Origin: Nitrosomonas sp.
GTDB taxonomy: Bacteria; Pseudomonadota; Gammaproteobacteria; Burkholderiales; Nitrosomonadaceae
Reading direction: 5' to 3'
Assembly: GCA_016708955.1 (NCBI GenBank)
Contig: JADJES010000003.1
Location: 192,720 to 224,719, forward strand
Length of the DNA stretch: 32,000 nt
Position 1 is the first letter of the stretch, and each line of letters starts with the position of its first letter. A program made the position numbers and the translations under genes. Positions 22,701-30,324 of this stretch are shown here, piece by piece. Below the pieces are notes generated by a model that saw nothing but the letters and a program-made list of their open reading frames with translations, was not told the DNA's origin and ran no database searches.

Positions 22701-24245
22701 ATGGCGATTATTTCTCGTATACCGCATAGCACCATTTTCTGTTTCTTGGCCATATTGTTATGCGGATCTATAACCACGGTTTATTCACAAACTACTGAAC
22801 CAGAAACAGCGCAACAGAAGATTGCATATTCAGAAACTGTTATCGATGAAGTTATTAAAAGAAGCCTGCAGCGTTTGGAAGACAAGGAGCGGAAGAATTA
22901 TGAGCTAGAGCTGGAAGGTCAGCGTAAGAGCATAGATTGGCTTTTCGCATTATTGACGCTTGTGACAGCATTTGTTGCGCTGATTGGTGTAGTGGCGCCG
23001 TTCATGATGTTTCAAAGTAATAGGAAGCAAATGCAGGGAATGCTGGATGAAGTCAAAGAAGTTGCTGAGAAAATTCGATTGCATGAGGAAAGCGCGAAAC
23101 AATCTGCGGATAATACCCAGCAATATGAACATAAGGCTAAAGAGCTGACTGAGAAGTTGGATCATTATAAGAGTGGTCAGTCTTCCAGCAAAATAGAGAG
23201 TCAGGAGATTACTAAGGCGGCAGAACAGATTCAACATGATCCACAATTTGATCCCAAGCCGGGATTACGTGCTGCCGCTGTTGCGGCAAGCATTGAGAAT
23301 CAACCGGAAAAAGCATATAAGCTATGGGAAGCTTTAGCTGAATTAGATCCATCTGATGTTAATGCGTTATTCAACGCAGGTTATTGGGCGCTATATTTAG
23401 CAGATAAATTGAAGGGTAGCGAATCCTCAGAATGGCTTATACGAGCTAGTGACAAATATCAAAAATTAGTAAGTATTCGACCAGATTTTTATGAAGCAGT
23501 GAATAACTGGGGAATAGCGCTGGCTAATCAAGCCAGGGAATTGGCGAAAAGAGATTTACCTGCGGCTCGTGCTTTATGGCATGAAGCCGCTAAGAAATAC
23601 CAGCAGGCTTTAAGCATCAATCAGGATTATCATGAAGCAGAATTTAATTGGGGAAATGCACTGATTGATGAAGCTAAGGAATTGGGAAAAATTAATTTAC
23701 ATAAGGAAGCTCTTGATTTATGGCATAAAGCCAGTGAGAAATACCAGCAAGTTTTAAGACTCAGGCCAGATGATTTTGAAGCAACATATTACTGTGGCGT
23801 TGCATTGACTAATGAAGCTATGGAACTCGCAGAAAGTAACTTGCCAACAGCGCGTAATCTGTGGCATGAAGCTGGCGATAAATACAAGCGGGTATTAGGT
23901 ATGAATCCAGATTATCATAAAGCTGCGGATGACTGGGGATTTGCATTGCTAGAGGAAGCCAATGCTATTGCAGCTACGGATGGTGATCAAGCAAACGAAT
24001 TACGGGGTCGTGCTGAACAGTTATTATTACAACATGCCAAAGCTGTACCAGAAGTGGTGGCTTATAACCTGGCTTGTGTTTACGGACAACGGGGTGATGT
24101 GTCGAATTGTCTGTATTGGTTACAGACCGCGCAATTGCCTAACAAACTTGTATCCTGCGTGCATTTGCAAACGGACGCCGATCTGGATGCGGTACGGAAT
24201 CATCCGGATTTTCAAGCCTGGTTGCAGTCGGTTTGCTCACACTAG
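22701..24245 (+). CDS. Membrane-anchored coiled-coil / TPR-like repeat protein (514 aa)
   Basis: GAGGT RBS 5 nt upstream of the start. The protein has an N-terminal signal-like hydrophobic segment, a second TM segment (WLFALLTLVTAFVALIGVVAPFMMF) and a charged coiled-coil region. Five tandem 47-48-aa TPR-like repeats follow, the best three at 23493-23918. A typical TPR C-terminal cap ends the protein (YNLACVYGQRGD...LDAVRNHPDFQAWL). Confidence 0.75.
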   Translation: MAIISRIPHSTIFCFLAILLCGSITTVYSQTTEPETAQQKIAYSETVIDEVIKRSLQRLEDKERKNYELELEGQRKSIDWLFALLTLVTAFVALIGVVAPFMMFQSNRKQMQGMLDEVKEVAEKIRLHEESAKQSADNTQQYEHKAKELTEKLDHYKSGQSSSKIESQEITKAAEQIQHDPQFDPKPGLRAAAVAASIENQPEKAYKLWEALAELDPSDVNALFNAGYWALYLADKLKGSESSEWLIRASDKYQKLVSIRPDFYEAVNNWGIALANQARELAKRDLPAARALWHEAAKKYQQALSINQDYHEAEFNWGNALIDEAKELGKINLHKEALDLWHKASEKYQQVLRLRPDDFEATYYCGVALTNEAMELAESNLPTARNLWHEAGDKYKRVLGMNPDYHKAADDWGFALLEEANAIAATDGDQANELRGRAEQLLLQHAKAVPEVVAYNLACVYGQRGDVSNCLYWLQTAQLPNKLVSCVHLQTDADLDAVRNHPDFQAWLQSVCSH

Positions 24246-24449
24246 ATTTCAATCAGAATTTCGTTTTTTAATAGTTCGTAGACTAATGAAATTTCCTGAA
24301 TTCGATACGGCAGATGTGATTGATCGTCATGCAGGGATGCTGATGTTGCGGACTGGTAGAGTATTCAACGAGAGTTAAGTCCCCAATTAATAGAGTTGGG
24401 ATGCTTATAAGCTTAAAATATGAAGATTATAAGAGTAAAGGGGGCGATG

Positions 24450-24757
24450 CTGGGAGAACATAAAAGCAATAGTAGCGATTAATCATTTTCCTAAGAAATA
24501 CCATTTCTAAAGTTATCGTCTTATTTGGTATGGGATTTTTCTTATTATCCACATTTTCTGTGGATAACTTTGTGTGTAACTGTTTTATTTGAATAATTAG
24601 CTCTCAGAATTCTAAGGGTTTTCCTTAGATTGATTAAATATTTAACACATTACTTATGTGAAATTTATCATGTAGTTAGGGGATGCTTTTCTGCTTAACC
24701 TGAAATTGTGTTGAGTGATTTCTGTAACCTTCTAAAACTGTGGATTATTTGCTAGGA
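24450..24757 (+). repeat. DnaA-box/promoter module, copy B
   Basis: Box1 TTATCCACA 24545-24553, N5, box2 TGTGGATAA 24559-24567, CTT, box3 TGTGTGTAA 24571-24579, and box4 TGTGGATTA 24739-24747. Confidence 0.85.
24642..24671 (+). promoter_or_regulatory. Candidate sigma70-type promoter inside repeat copy B
   Basis: -35 TTAACA (24642-24647), 18-nt spacer, -10 TATCAT (24666-24671). It faces the 3' end of the convergent minus-strand gene 24798-25313. Confidence 0.3.
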
Positions 24758-24797
24758 AGTTATGGCTATCGAGTTATAAGCCACTGATCTGTTTTGC

Positions 24798-25313
24798 TTA
24801 ATCATCAGAACCGTGCCCATGACCTTTGCCTGGTTTGTAAGATTCAAGTTCAAAGTTCGATGAGCTGCCACGTTCTTTAAGTACAACAGAAAGTAAATCA
24901 CCACCATATTGGAGGCAAGGTATGATTAATTTGTCACCGTCAATAGTGGCATAACATTCACTGAGATCTACTGTGTCAGTAATTGGACAACTGGTAAGAT
25001 CTACTAATGTAACATCGGTTGCAGGACTGGTAGTATTATTATATGTTGTAATAACTGCAGTGCCATTCTTGATTACGATATCAGTTGCTGATGTACTCGC
25101 ACTTAAACCAAGATTACTCAAGCCTGCGTTAGTAAGGCATAAATTTTTAGAACTATCGGTGATGTTTTTTACGATTATCTGAGATCCATCCACGCTGTTA
25201 TCAAGGATGAAGATGGAATTGCCTACCACAGCTACGCTCTCAGCCAGTACACATTGCACTCCCGGTGTAACCAAAACTGTTGCGAATAATATTGATATTA
25301 TATTTCTTCTCAT
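24798..25313 (-). CDS. Hypothetical secreted protein (171 aa)
   Basis: ATG 25313 has GGAAAG 8 nt upstream (the ORF-track TTG at 25319 adds 2 aa). The protein has a signal peptide (MRRNIISILFATVLVTPGVQCVLA), a Ser/Thr/Asn-rich beta-type sequence with 4 Cys, and a GKGHGHGSDD tail. I recognise no family. Confidence 0.55.
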   Translation of the reverse strand: MRRNIISILFATVLVTPGVQCVLAESVAVVGNSIFILDNSVDGSQIIVKNITDSSKNLCLTNAGLSNLGLSASTSATDIVIKNGTAVITTYNNTTSPATDVTLVDLTSCPITDTVDLSECYATIDGDKLIIPCLQYGGDLLSVVLKERGSSSNFELESYKPGKGHGHGSDD

Positions 25314-25906
25314 AAACAAAACTTTCCAGAATGAAGGTTAAATAAATATTAAAGCATACTCCTGTTTCTCCATCTATACAGATTTCGTTTATACGTAGGG
25401 AATTATTCCAATTCGCAATAGAAAGAGAAATAATTCTGTTAGTTTAATGTTTTAAATACAGCATATATTTACATTTCTATCGCAAATATGAATTAGAGGC
25501 TATTTATTGCCGGTTACTCATTTCCTTAATACTTGTTGCGTCTATAATCACAAGCTGACACCATAAGGTAAAACCGGCACCTGGAATAGTTTTCTATCGA
25601 AAGATTAAGATTGTAAATGAGGAAACCCCTGGAAACGATTTGGACCATGATCAAGGTGCTTGTAATCATTAGGCGTATTGTGATGGTTCATATTTTCGAT
25701 GGGTGGTGTGCAGGATTGATGCAAAACGGATGCGTGGCATTTGTTTTCAAGTATTTGCCCAATTACCGATAGATTTTTCGTATATGGAACTAAGGGATTG
25801 CCCAATTTTTGTTCAACCAACCTTAACCCGTTGCGTTTTCACGGCATACGCTAGCCATTAATATGTCTAGATCATACGCGCTGTGGTGTGATCATCTTGT
25901 TCTTCT

Positions 25907-26059
25907 CTATTTTTTTGTCAGAAGCATCATTGCCGAGATGAAAGAGACTAGAAGGCCTAATAATATTGGCGCTAATACTATTTCATCATCAGTCACCACA
26001 AAATATACGGACAGAATCAAGGAAAATACTAGAGAGCCAATCATGCTAATTTTTTTCAT
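25907..26059 (-). CDS. Possible small two-TM membrane peptide (50 aa), below the ORF-track size cutoff
   Basis: Hand translation gives MKKISMIGSLVFSLILSVYFVVTDDEIVLAPILLGLLVSFISAMMLLTKK. This is two hydrophobic helices separated by TDDE, with KK at both ends. AAGGA lies ~9 nt upstream of the ATG. It is antisense to the less convincing track ORF 25863-26081. Confidence 0.3.
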   Translation of the reverse strand: MKKISMIGSLVFSLILSVYFVVTDDEIVLAPILLGLLVSFISAMMLLTKK

Positions 26060-26394
26060 ATCAGAACATCCTTTTTGGTAATTATTTAGTGATTCTAGAA
26101 ATTTTTTCCTAGAACTACCTTAACTTATTGATCTTGAATTACTCTACATTTAATCTGAAGAGTTTAGGTTGCCTGTGGCAACCCTGCCAACAGTATTTTT
26201 CGCATACCGAACACTAGCACACTCTCAACTTCATGGGTTTGCGCTAGATTAATAATCCAGCTCAACAAAGCGTAACGGCTTGGTAGATGAGTAGATCAAA
26301 ATCATCGGCCATAAGCCTCATGATGCCTGGCATATAACTAATGGACTAAGCGAGCATTTTGTTGATGCGCTATTATAAGGATACGGATGCAAGT

Positions 26395-26696
26395 ACATAC
26401 AATAGCAAAAGGAAATGCATGAGTTTCTGAGGCGTTAGTTAGTTCTTTGTTCAGGCAGAAATTTTCTAAAAATCGCCTTATTGATTATCCGTAAATTCTG
26501 TGGATAACTTTGTGGAAAATATCTATATTCACTAGTTAACTACTGGAACAATAAAGTTTAATTCTAGGGCTGATTAATAATTTTACACTTTCATTATGGG
26601 TTATTTATCATTTAGTTAAGTATCTGTTTCATTTCTGTATGAAATTAAGAAATGAATTTTCTATGTTTTGTTGATACTGTGGATAAACAATATCCT
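26395..26696 (+). repeat. DnaA-box/promoter module, copy C
   Basis: Box1 is degenerate, TTATCCGTA 26485-26493. N5, box2 TGTGGATAA 26499-26507, CTT, box3 TGTGGAAAA 26511-26519, and box4 TGTGGATAA 26678-26686. The copy ends 20 bp before the IS target duplication. Confidence 0.8.
26582..26611 (+). promoter_or_regulatory. Candidate sigma70-type promoter inside repeat copy C
   Basis: -35 TTTACA (26582-26587), 18-nt spacer, -10 TATCAT (26606-26611). It points into the IS element and, beyond it, toward the ABC-F gene. Confidence 0.3.
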
Positions 26697-26713
26697 ATAA
26701 CAATGAATCTAGT

Positions 26714-27821
26714 GGTTCATCCGGCAAGTGCGTACTTGTTAGTCAGAAATGCATGTTGAAATAAAGTGAATTAAAGGTTGAAATTATCTCTGATTTTCAA
26801 CGAAGAGGTTTTTTCAACATGTCGACCAGTTTGCTGTATCACGCCTTTGGTATAGTTGGTTATTTTTATCAAAGCACTTGTTTTATTGCGGGTGTCATAG
26901 TTGTTGCAATACAAGCGGATCATTGGCGATTGAGATGTCCGGTATGTAAAAGCCGCGAGATACATTGCCGGGGAAAGTTGGTCTCTGAATAAACGTTATC
27001 GGTTGCCGAAATTGGCCAAGATAAAACGCATTGCGCTGGATGAAATATACCAAGGCAAGAAGCTGGGTTATTTAACGATAGTTCTGGATCTTCAACGTGG
27101 GGCAGTGATTTTTGTTGGCAATGGGAAAGGTGCCGATGCACTGATTCCGTTTTGGAAGCGTTTGAAACGATCGGGTGCACGGATTGAAGCGGTTGCGACC
27201 GACATGGGGCCAGCATACATCAGTGCGGTGCGGGCTAATATCCCAGATGCAACGCTAGTGTTCGATCACTTCCATATTATTAAGCTGTTCAACGAAAAGT
27301 TGACAAAACTGCGTCGTGATCTGCAACGAGAAGCAGAAAATGGGTTGGGCAAACCCGTTTTGAAGGGCATTCGCTGGCTGTTGCTGAAGAACCCTGACAA
27401 CCTGGATGACAAGCGCAATGAACGTCAACGTCTGGACGAAGCATTAAAGCTCAATGAGCCCTTGGCAACGGCCTATTACATGAAAGAAGAGTTACGCAAT
27501 ATCTGGCATCAACCGGATAAACTCTCAGCTCAAAATGCATTGGATGAATGGGTAAAAAAAGCCGCTGCTTCGGATGTCAACATGCTCAAGCAATTCTCTA
27601 AAACTATTGCAGCACACCGCTCAGGTATCCTGGCTTATTTCGATTTTAATGGTTTATCAACCGGGCCGTTGGAAGGTACCAACAACAAGATAAAAACTTT
27701 GCACAAAATGGCCTATGGTTTCAGAGATGTCGAGTTCTTTAAACTCAAAATTATGGCGCTGCATGAAACCAATTATGTCCTTGTCGGTTAAACCCAAAAG
27801 TACGCACTTGCCGGATGAACC
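26714..27821 (+). mobile_element. ISL3-family insertion sequence, internally deleted derivative (1108 bp)
   Basis: Perfect 24-bp terminal inverted repeats: GGTTCATCCGGCAAGTGCGTACTT at 26714-26737 and its reverse complement at 27798-27821. They are flanked by a perfect 8-bp direct repeat AATCTAGT (26706-26713 and 27822-27829). The internal ORFs match ISL3 transposase N- and C-terminal parts. Confidence 0.88.
26819..27791 (+). pseudogene. ISL3-family transposase, disrupted (zinc-finger N-terminus and DDE domain in different frames, middle section missing)
   Basis: 26819-26992 encodes MSTSLLYHAFGIVGYFYQST...LRCPVCKSREIHCRGKLVSE*, the ISL3 N-terminal zinc-finger region. 27003-27791, in another frame, encodes the DDE_Tnp_ISL3 part (RIALDEIYQGKKLGYLTIVLDL..., IEAVATDMGPAYISAV, LEGTNNKIKTLHKMAYGFRD). 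The roughly 100-aa HTH section normally found between them is absent. Confidence 0.8.
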
Positions 27822-28000
27822 AATCTAGTTAAAAACCTTAACGTTATTATGAAAAAATTTGGTGTGTCAGTGTGAAGCTGGAAAAGCAGATTTTGTGTTA
27901 TTACATTTTTAATATGGATAATTGAGCTGTGTAACAACGGTTTGTTTTTGTGTATGGAAAATAAGAGTTATTTTGAATGTTCTATAATTATTAATAGCTT

Positions 28001-29854
28001 ATGCTAAATATTCAGCGATTGATCTATTTACAAGGCGGGATTCCGCTACTCGAAAATTGTGATCTACAGATTTTTGCTAATCAACGTGTCGGCCTGGTCG
28101 GTAAAAACGGTTGTGGTAAGTCTACTTTGTTCCGTTTGGTCCGGGGAGTGATCAAACCGGATAGTGGAGAAGTCAGTCTGCAGCCTGGGAAAACGGTCGC
28201 TTTTGTTGAGCAGGAAATCATCAATTCAAATCAGTCTGCGATTGAGTTTGTGCTTGATGGTGATGTTGAATTACGTCAACTGGAGAAGACCCTGGCCCAA
28301 GCAGAACATGATGCGGCCTGGTTTGAGGCGCAGCATCGTTATGAAGCGATAGATGGTTATACGGCGCAGGCGCGGGCATCGCAACTATTGAATGGATTAG
28401 GTTTTGCGAATCATACGCTGGAGAATCCGGTCAGTCATTTCTCCGGGGGCTGGCGTATGCGTCTAAACCTGGCTCGTGCCTTGATGCATCGTGCTGATTT
28501 ATTATTGCTGGATGAACCAACTAATCACCTGGATCTGGAAGCTATTCTCTGGCTGGAACAATATCTGTCGCGTTATCCGGGTAGTCTGATGGTGGTGTCA
28601 CACGACCGTGAGTTTCTCAATGCCTGCGTTAATCGCATTGCGCATATCAATGAACGGAAAATTGAAGTATACAGCGGTGATTATGATGATTTTGAGCGTG
28701 CTCGCGCTGAACGCCTAACTCAGCATGCTCAGGCTTTTCAGCAACAGCAGAGAAAGATCGCGCACATGGAAGATTTTGTGCGGCGTTTTCGTGCCAAGGC
28801 GACCAAAGCCAAACAAGCGCAAAGTCGTATCAAAGCGCTGGAACGTTTGACGCGCATTGCGCCGGCGCATGTTGAAGATGGGTATTTTGAATTGCAGATT
28901 GAAGCGCCTGAGCGTAGTCCTGATGTTCTACTGCGCGTAAAAGACATGAGCTTTGGTTATGACGATCACTTGTTGTTTCAACATGTTCATCTTATTTTAC
29001 AGGCGGGTGCCCGAATTGCCTTGCTGGGTCCGAATGGCGCAGGGAAATCCACACTAATAAAGCTTCTGGTCGGGGAAATTACTCCTACCTCTGGTACATT
29101 GGAATGGACGCCCAATATCCGTATGGGCTACTTTGCGCAACATCAGCTGGAGAATCTCGATGGTGATGCGACCCCTTTGCAGCATATGCGGCAATTGGCA
29201 CCAAAGCAGACTGAATTGGATTTGCGAAAATTCCTGGGGCGATTTGGCTTGGGGGGGGATAGTGAGGATCGTCCGGTAGCCAGTTTCTCCGGAGGAGAAA
29301 AAAGTCGCCTGGCACTTGCCCTACTAGCATGGCAGAAGCCACACTTACTATTGCTCGATGAACCAACCAATCATTTGGATTTGGAAATGCGCGATGCGTT
29401 AACTTTGGCGTTGGAAGCCTATACCGGCGCGGTGATTCTGGTATCGCATGATCGTAGTCTGGTACGTGCAGTGGCTGATGAATTGTGGTTGGTGGCTGAT
29501 GGTAAAGCACAATTTCTGGATGGTGATCTGGATGATTATAAAAACTGGATAGAAGCGCGTCGTTCTAGTGAAGTTGTAGAGTCACGATCTACTTCACAAA
29601 AAGTGCAATCCAGAACATCTGCAAAACCGAACAAAAAAGTACTGCTTTCCAAGCAATCAAAGCTTGAGGTTGCCCTAACGGTCGCGCAGAAGGAATTGGA
29701 TGAAGTAAGCCGCCAGTTAGCTGATCCGGCTATTTATGCGAGCCGTTCTCGGGATGAGATTGAACGACTCAGTGCAGTTCATTCGACACTCGAAAATAAA
29801 GTGGCCGAATTGGAAGAAAGCTGGCTGGAACTGGAGATGGCGCTGGAAGAGTAA
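28001..29854 (+). CDS. ABC-F family ATPase (two ABC domains plus a C-terminal coiled coil, 617 aa)
   Basis: Two Walker A motifs (GLVGKNGCGKST, LLGPNGAGKST), two LSGG signatures (FSGGWRMR, FSGGEKSR), no TM domain, a PtIM-like interdomain linker and a charged C-terminal helix. It resembles YheS/Uup. No obvious SD lies upstream. A TATAAT at 27983-27988 lies only 12 nt before the ATG. Confidence 0.9.
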   Translation: MLNIQRLIYLQGGIPLLENCDLQIFANQRVGLVGKNGCGKSTLFRLVRGVIKPDSGEVSLQPGKTVAFVEQEIINSNQSAIEFVLDGDVELRQLEKTLAQAEHDAAWFEAQHRYEAIDGYTAQARASQLLNGLGFANHTLENPVSHFSGGWRMRLNLARALMHRADLLLLDEPTNHLDLEAILWLEQYLSRYPGSLMVVSHDREFLNACVNRIAHINERKIEVYSGDYDDFERARAERLTQHAQAFQQQQRKIAHMEDFVRRFRAKATKAKQAQSRIKALERLTRIAPAHVEDGYFELQIEAPERSPDVLLRVKDMSFGYDDHLLFQHVHLILQAGARIALLGPNGAGKSTLIKLLVGEITPTSGTLEWTPNIRMGYFAQHQLENLDGDATPLQHMRQLAPKQTELDLRKFLGRFGLGGDSEDRPVASFSGGEKSRLALALLAWQKPHLLLLDEPTNHLDLEMRDALTLALEAYTGAVILVSHDRSLVRAVADELWLVADGKAQFLDGDLDDYKNWIEARRSSEVVESRSTSQKVQSRTSAKPNKKVLLSKQSKLEVALTVAQKELDEVSRQLADPAIYASRSRDEIERLSAVHSTLENKVAELEESWLELEMALEE

Positions 29855-29901
29855 AACAGATGGTTCTGATCTGGGTTAATTCAGATTAGAGCACATACAA
29901 A

Positions 29902-30225
29902 TTAAACCTGCATATTCATGATTTCTTGATAAGCTGTTACCAGTTTGTTGCGGACTTGTAACATCGATTGAAAGGATACATTGGCTTTTTGCAGTGAAAT
30001 CATTACTTCATGTAAATCAACATTGGATTGGTCACTCACAAATTGTGCACTCAGTTTATCGGCAGTTATCTGGGAGTTATTGACCTGATCTACAGCTGAT
30101 TTAAGCTTTTCGCTAAAATCAACACTCGCTATTTCATCTGTTTCCGATTGCTTTTTTGTACCAGAAGCAAATGCCGAAGCCGCTTGCAATTGCTGCAAAA
30201 TATTATCAATTCCGGGTTTATCCAT
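29902..30225 (-). CDS. fliE: Flagellar hook-basal body complex protein FliE (107 aa)
   Basis: The size and the conserved C-terminus ([39 protein letters not shown]) are typical of FliE. Confidence 0.85.
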   Translation of the reverse strand: MDKPGIDNILQQLQAASAFASGTKKQSETDEIASVDFSEKLKSAVDQVNNSQITADKLSAQFVSDQSNVDLHEVMISLQKANVSFQSMLQVRNKLVTAYQEIMNMQV

Positions 30226-30324
30226 GATTTACTCCAACACAATTGATTTCAAGTATCTCGCAAAACTTAAAAAACTTCAAATAATTTTATTAAATCAGAT
30301 TCCTAGCGACAGAATCGATGCTTG

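Noticed and set aside
23962-24378. Track ORF of 138 aa overlapping the 3' end of the TPR gene in another frame.
   Set aside because: It is an overlapping shadow frame of a well-supported gene. The part beyond the TPR stop (a 30-aa ATG ORF at 24286-24378) is too short and unsupported.
25573-25580. CCGGCACC as a possible att-type direct repeat of the tRNA-Leu 3' end (CCCGGCACCA).
   Set aside because: Only 8 nt match and there is no flanking similarity, so this is compatible with chance. No convincing distal att repeat was found anywhere in 22-28 kb.
25605-25820. Track ORF of 71 aa on the minus strand (His/Asn/Pro-rich).
   Set aside because: It is available only from a TTG start without a clear RBS. 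It has low-complexity composition and no recognisable family. It may be random in AT-rich DNA and is left unannotated.
25863-26081. Track ORF of 72 aa on the plus strand.
   Set aside because: It has no RBS, an odd composition and no recognisable similarity. The opposite strand holds a more protein-like 50-aa two-TM ORF with an RBS.
22190-26700. The DnaA-box cluster as the chromosomal replication origin (oriC).
   Set aside because: None of the usual oriC neighbours (dnaA, dnaN, gyrB, gidA/mnmG, parAB) is present. The boxes occur because one module is repeated three times, with genes between the copies. No 13-mer-type AT-rich unwinding repeats were recognised. A GC-skew analysis of the whole genome would settle this.
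30226-30324. Search for a sigma54 (GG-N10-GC) or sigma28 promoter upstream of fliE.
   Set aside because: The only TTGC-like element (TTTTGCG) has no GG at the -24 position. No TAAA-N15-GCCGATAA-like match is present, so no promoter is called.
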